DNA of 64,000 nt, taken from positions 6,578-70,577 of the forward strand of contig CAAFEX010000038.1 in NCBI GenBank assembly GCA_900762015.1, in the 5' to 3' direction. The stretch comes from an uncultured Collinsella sp. (GTDB taxonomy: Bacteria > Actinomycetota > Coriobacteriia > Coriobacteriales > Coriobacteriaceae). The notes beneath the pieces were generated by a model. The model did not search any database. It saw nothing but the letters and a program-made list of their open reading frames with translations, and was not told the DNA's origin. Made by a program: the position numbers and the translations under genes. Shown here piece after piece: positions 60,854-64,000 of the stretch. Position 1 is the first letter of the stretch; each line of letters starts with the position of its first letter.

Positions 60854-61755
60854 CGGACCTCCTCTCCGTTGCGCCAAAACGCCAGTTCCTCGCGGTTGGC
60901 GGCGCTCAAGTATACATGCTGTTTGTCAATCGCATCGATCACGCGGTGGACCTCGTCACCGTCGCGGCGCATCACCGCAAGGCGCAGACAAAGCATCCAA
61001 ACCTCCTGCTCCTCGGGCACGTCTATCACCAGCTGGTCGGTCACGGCCTGCGCCTCGTCGATCTGTCCGACATCGGCCAGCGCCGTCGCGTATCGAATGC
61101 GCAGCTCAAGGGTATCCTCGCGCTCGCAGCGACGCGCAAGCAGGCGCGCGTACTGTTGGCGCTGAATCTGAGCCACGCGCCCCTCAGCCAAGCCCGAGCA
61201 CAAGTATTCACCAAGAAAATCGCAGTATTCGTTGAGGTTTTGCGCGCTCGGGTCCGTCTTAAAGGCACGCTCCAGCTGCTGCAGTTTAAGGTCGGACTCC
61301 TTGGAGATCTGCGCCACCGCCGTCGCGGCATAGTGCGCCACCTCAACGTCATCGTTAAGCTTAGCCGCCTGCAGCTGCGCCAGGTACGCGTCGGGTTCCT
61401 CGGTGAGCATGGAGAGCATTAGGCGGCGCCGGTATGCCGGGTCGTTGACGATGAGCGCCTCCTCGAGCGGCACTACGCCTGAATCGTCCTCACCACTCGG
61501 TACCGACATACTACGATGCAGGTCGTCGTTGAAGCGCAGCGATTCCAGCTCAGACTCTTTCAGCCCCTCGCGAAACACCGCGCTGCGGACCGATAGCAGA
61601 ACCACCAGCAACGGGCCCCACAGCGGCACCAGCACTATCACAGCCAGCATGTGCCCGCGCACCGGCAGCAGGCCCAGCTTCATGAGCGTCCACAGCATCA
61701 GGCAAACCAGCGCATGAATCAGCAGCAAGACGGCAGCAACGACAAGCGAGATCAA
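60850..61755 (-). CDS. pelE: PelE-like protein (two TM helices plus helical repeats)
   Basis: N-terminal TM helices; VVPLEEAL, RRRLML and NDDVEVAHYAATA motifs; TPR-like C-terminus; position between pelD and pelA. Confidence 0.72.
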   Translation of the reverse strand: MISLVVAAVLLLIHALVCLMLWTLMKLGLLPVRGHMLAVIVLVPLWGPLLVVLLSVRSAVFREGLKESELESLRFNDDLHRSMSVPSGEDDSGVVPLEEALIVNDPAYRRRLMLSMLTEEPDAYLAQLQAAKLNDDVEVAHYAATAVAQISKESDLKLQQLERAFKTDPSAQNLNEYCDFLGEYLCSGLAEGRVAQIQRQQYARLLARRCEREDTLELRIRYATALADVGQIDEAQAVTDQLVIDVPEEQEVWMLCLRLAVMRRDGDEVHRVIDAIDKQHVYLSAANREELAFWRNGEEVR

Positions 61756-63890
61756 GCGGCACCCCCCTCACCGTCACCGGTGTAAGCGATGTGCTGCAGC
61801 AGCGCCACGATGTCCTCGCCGTCGACGGGCTCCACCGCAATATGCTTTGCGCTCAGGCGCTCGCGGATAATGGGCAGATCGCACGCCTTTGCCTGGCGCA
61901 TAAGCAGGTAGAGCACGTCGCCGTCGACCAAGCCCGCCGCGTCGCTCTCGCGAATTGCCGACCCAATTGCGCCCACCAGCTCGCCGACAGGTTCCATGCC
62001 CGGTACCACGCGCAGGAGCAAAAAACTCCCCATCTTGCTATCTGCCAGCGCCTGCTCCGCCGCGAGCTCTTGGCCAAAGGCAGCCTGCTTGAGCACGCAA
62101 GTGCCGTCAACGCAGCGTTTATCCTGCGCCACCGCCTCATAATCAAAGGCACGGCCCAGCGCACTTTCGACCAGGCCGCACAAGATGCGGAACAGGTTTT
62201 GATAATAGAGGGTCATTTGGTTTTCGGCCGCACTACGTACAAAGATCAACACGGCGGGTGCCCCGTCGCGCTCGATCGCATATCCAAACATGGGAAGCCC
62301 CGGCGTCAGCTCGCGGTTCACCCACAGGTTCGAACGACCCCCGTCGCCCAAAAGAGGTGCAAGCTGCTCAAGCGCGAGCGAGCGTGCGGCATTTTCGGCA
62401 ATCGCAGGACTTGCTGCCACCAGGCGTGCAAATGCCCCGCCCGAAACATGGTAGATCGCCACGAAATCGTTCTCGAGGATCTCGCCCAAAAGCTCGCAGC
62501 ACTTGCGATAGATGTCGCGTGGGTTGAGCACGTCGAGCTCCTGCGTCACCGCAAAGATCTTGCCAAAGCTGTCGTGGCGACCCACGATCTGGCGCCTGTA
62601 CGCGCGCTTATCCTCGATCGCGTCGTGGTAGAGCTGCGTAAGAAACGTATTACGGTTGCGCACGAGCTCGTTTTGATCGCGCTCCGCCCTAATGGCTTCG
62701 CTGTTGCGCAGCTGCACATAGCCGCACACGGCACCCACCACAAAGTACGCAATATACGGCAGCCAGTTGGACGGCTCGTAGAACAGCCCCTGGAAGGTAT
62801 AGCCGTACTGAGTAAAGTAGCTCGCGGCCAAACCCACCGACGCCAGCAGCGCCGCAACCAGGCCAAAGTCCAAGCCATACAGCGTGCCGATCATCACCAC
62901 GTAGAGTAGGCGATAATCGAGCACGTTGAGCTGGGCCGATTGAGAGAACAGATGCTCCAGCACCTCGAACAGAACCCAGGCAACGCCCGTCTCCAGGCAT
63001 TTAATAGGCAGCGTGCGCATTTGGATGCGGTCGATGGCGGCGCGCAAGGGGTTGACCTTCTTTGCGCGGCCAGCATCCCAACGCGCTTGAATGGTCGAAA
63101 GATCGCGCAGCAAGTCGTAGCGCTGAAACCAGCCATAGCGCACGCGAGCGACGTCGTTGGCGGGCAGGTTGTAGCCGGCAGAATCGCCATAGGCAACGGC
63201 AAGGCCGGGGAACAACGCCTTGAGGGCGTCCCCCACCTCACCCGCCGTGTGATGGAAGGCATCGGCAACGTCGAGCGTCTCAAAGGAGGCGTCCCAGCTG
63301 TCGAAGATACGGCGTACTAGCACCGCGAGCTCCTCGGTGCACAGCAGGGGAAACGCCGCATCCTGCGCGCCCTGCAGAGCAACCGAGCCGGTCGAGCACG
63401 CATCGAACAGCGGCACCAAAAACGGGTCCTCCATCGCGGCAGACGCGGTATACAGGAACGGCACGCGCAGGATCTTGGTCTGAACGCCCTCGCGAGCAGC
63501 GTAGTAGCGGCACAGGTCGTTGGCTGCGCGGGCGATAATGCCCTTGCCCGTTCGCCCCGCGGCGTCGGTGGCACCCTCGGCACCCGCGGGCCCCGCTACA
63601 TACAGCAGTTGGACCCGGCGACCCGCGCACGCACGAAAGACCGAGCGCAACAGCTCGATATCGCCCACGGTATCGGTATGCGGGGTAAGGTAATTGGAAA
63701 GGTAGACCATGCGGTCGAACTCGTAGGCCTGATCCAGGTGTTGCAGAAGCTCTTTCCACGAGGAATGGGGCGACGACTCGTCGCGGTACGCGTCCTGCGC
63801 GGCTACGACCTGCACATGGTCCCCGGGGAACGCCTTGGCACAAAAGTCATCGTCAACATATGCGGTGTTGCCAACAACCAGCACCTCCAT
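61752..63890 (-). CDS. pelD: PelD-like protein: degenerate SDR/epimerase + TM + GAF + degenerate GGDEF with RxxD site
   Basis: SDR-like N-terminal half, four TM helices, DSFGKIF..QELD coiled coil, GAF-like region, IRESD I-site followed by VDGDV. Confidence 0.8.
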   Translation of the reverse strand: MEVLVVGNTAYVDDDFCAKAFPGDHVQVVAAQDAYRDESSPHSSWKELLQHLDQAYEFDRMVYLSNYLTPHTDTVGDIELLRSVFRACAGRRVQLLYVAGPAGAEGATDAAGRTGKGIIARAANDLCRYYAAREGVQTKILRVPFLYTASAAMEDPFLVPLFDACSTGSVALQGAQDAAFPLLCTEELAVLVRRIFDSWDASFETLDVADAFHHTAGEVGDALKALFPGLAVAYGDSAGYNLPANDVARVRYGWFQRYDLLRDLSTIQARWDAGRAKKVNPLRAAIDRIQMRTLPIKCLETGVAWVLFEVLEHLFSQSAQLNVLDYRLLYVVMIGTLYGLDFGLVAALLASVGLAASYFTQYGYTFQGLFYEPSNWLPYIAYFVVGAVCGYVQLRNSEAIRAERDQNELVRNRNTFLTQLYHDAIEDKRAYRRQIVGRHDSFGKIFAVTQELDVLNPRDIYRKCCELLGEILENDFVAIYHVSGGAFARLVAASPAIAENAARSLALEQLAPLLGDGGRSNLWVNRELTPGLPMFGYAIERDGAPAVLIFVRSAAENQMTLYYQNLFRILCGLVESALGRAFDYEAVAQDKRCVDGTCVLKQAAFGQELAAEQALADSKMGSFLLLRVVPGMEPVGELVGAIGSAIRESDAAGLVDGDVLYLLMRQAKACDLPIIRERLSAKHIAVEPVDGEDIVALLQHIAYTGDGEGGAA

Positions 63891-64000
63891 GGCGCACCCC
63901 TCCCCTAAAATCCACTCTGTTCATAGTCAAACATGCGTATTTTACGCTGTCAACGCGAGCTGGAAAGCCTTTAAGGCTGTTTTAAGAACTTTTTTGAGGA

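Overview
High-GC chromosomal segment whose gene order and protein style suggest a Coriobacteriia gut actinobacterium, probably Collinsella (inferred, not searched). Most genes lie on the minus strand. About 1-47 kb is core housekeeping: rluD-lspA-ileS with a T-box leader, ftsH, thyA-folA, the ffh-ftsY-smc-rnc-acpP-plsX-rpmF-yceD-coaD-rsmD-recG-fakA-asp23 block, tRNA-Asn, sigA-dnaG, ribF-truB-nrnA-rbfA-infB-nusA-rimP, leuS and guaB. A sucrose PTS locus (scrR-scrA-scrB, three LacI-type operators) follows at about 48-52.6 kb. The most interesting region is a tightly coupled 8-gene operon at 52.8-63.9 kb: a Gram-positive-type Pel exopolysaccharide cluster (pelD-E-A-F-G) running directly into a Tat/lipoprotein CotH kinase, a VTC-domain polyphosphate polymerase-like protein and a DUF4956 membrane protein. 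This is a candidate polyP-linked surface or polysaccharide phosphorylation system. Other observations: a dispersed family of GGGACG-core REP-like palindromes, an atypical transcriptional ileS T-box, a DUF134-NifX fusion with an internal RBS and paired operators, a ~120-nt hairpin in the leuS leader, an ERIC-like element, and a PLP-fold protein lacking the catalytic lysine. Family calls come from motif recognition by eye; no databases were run.
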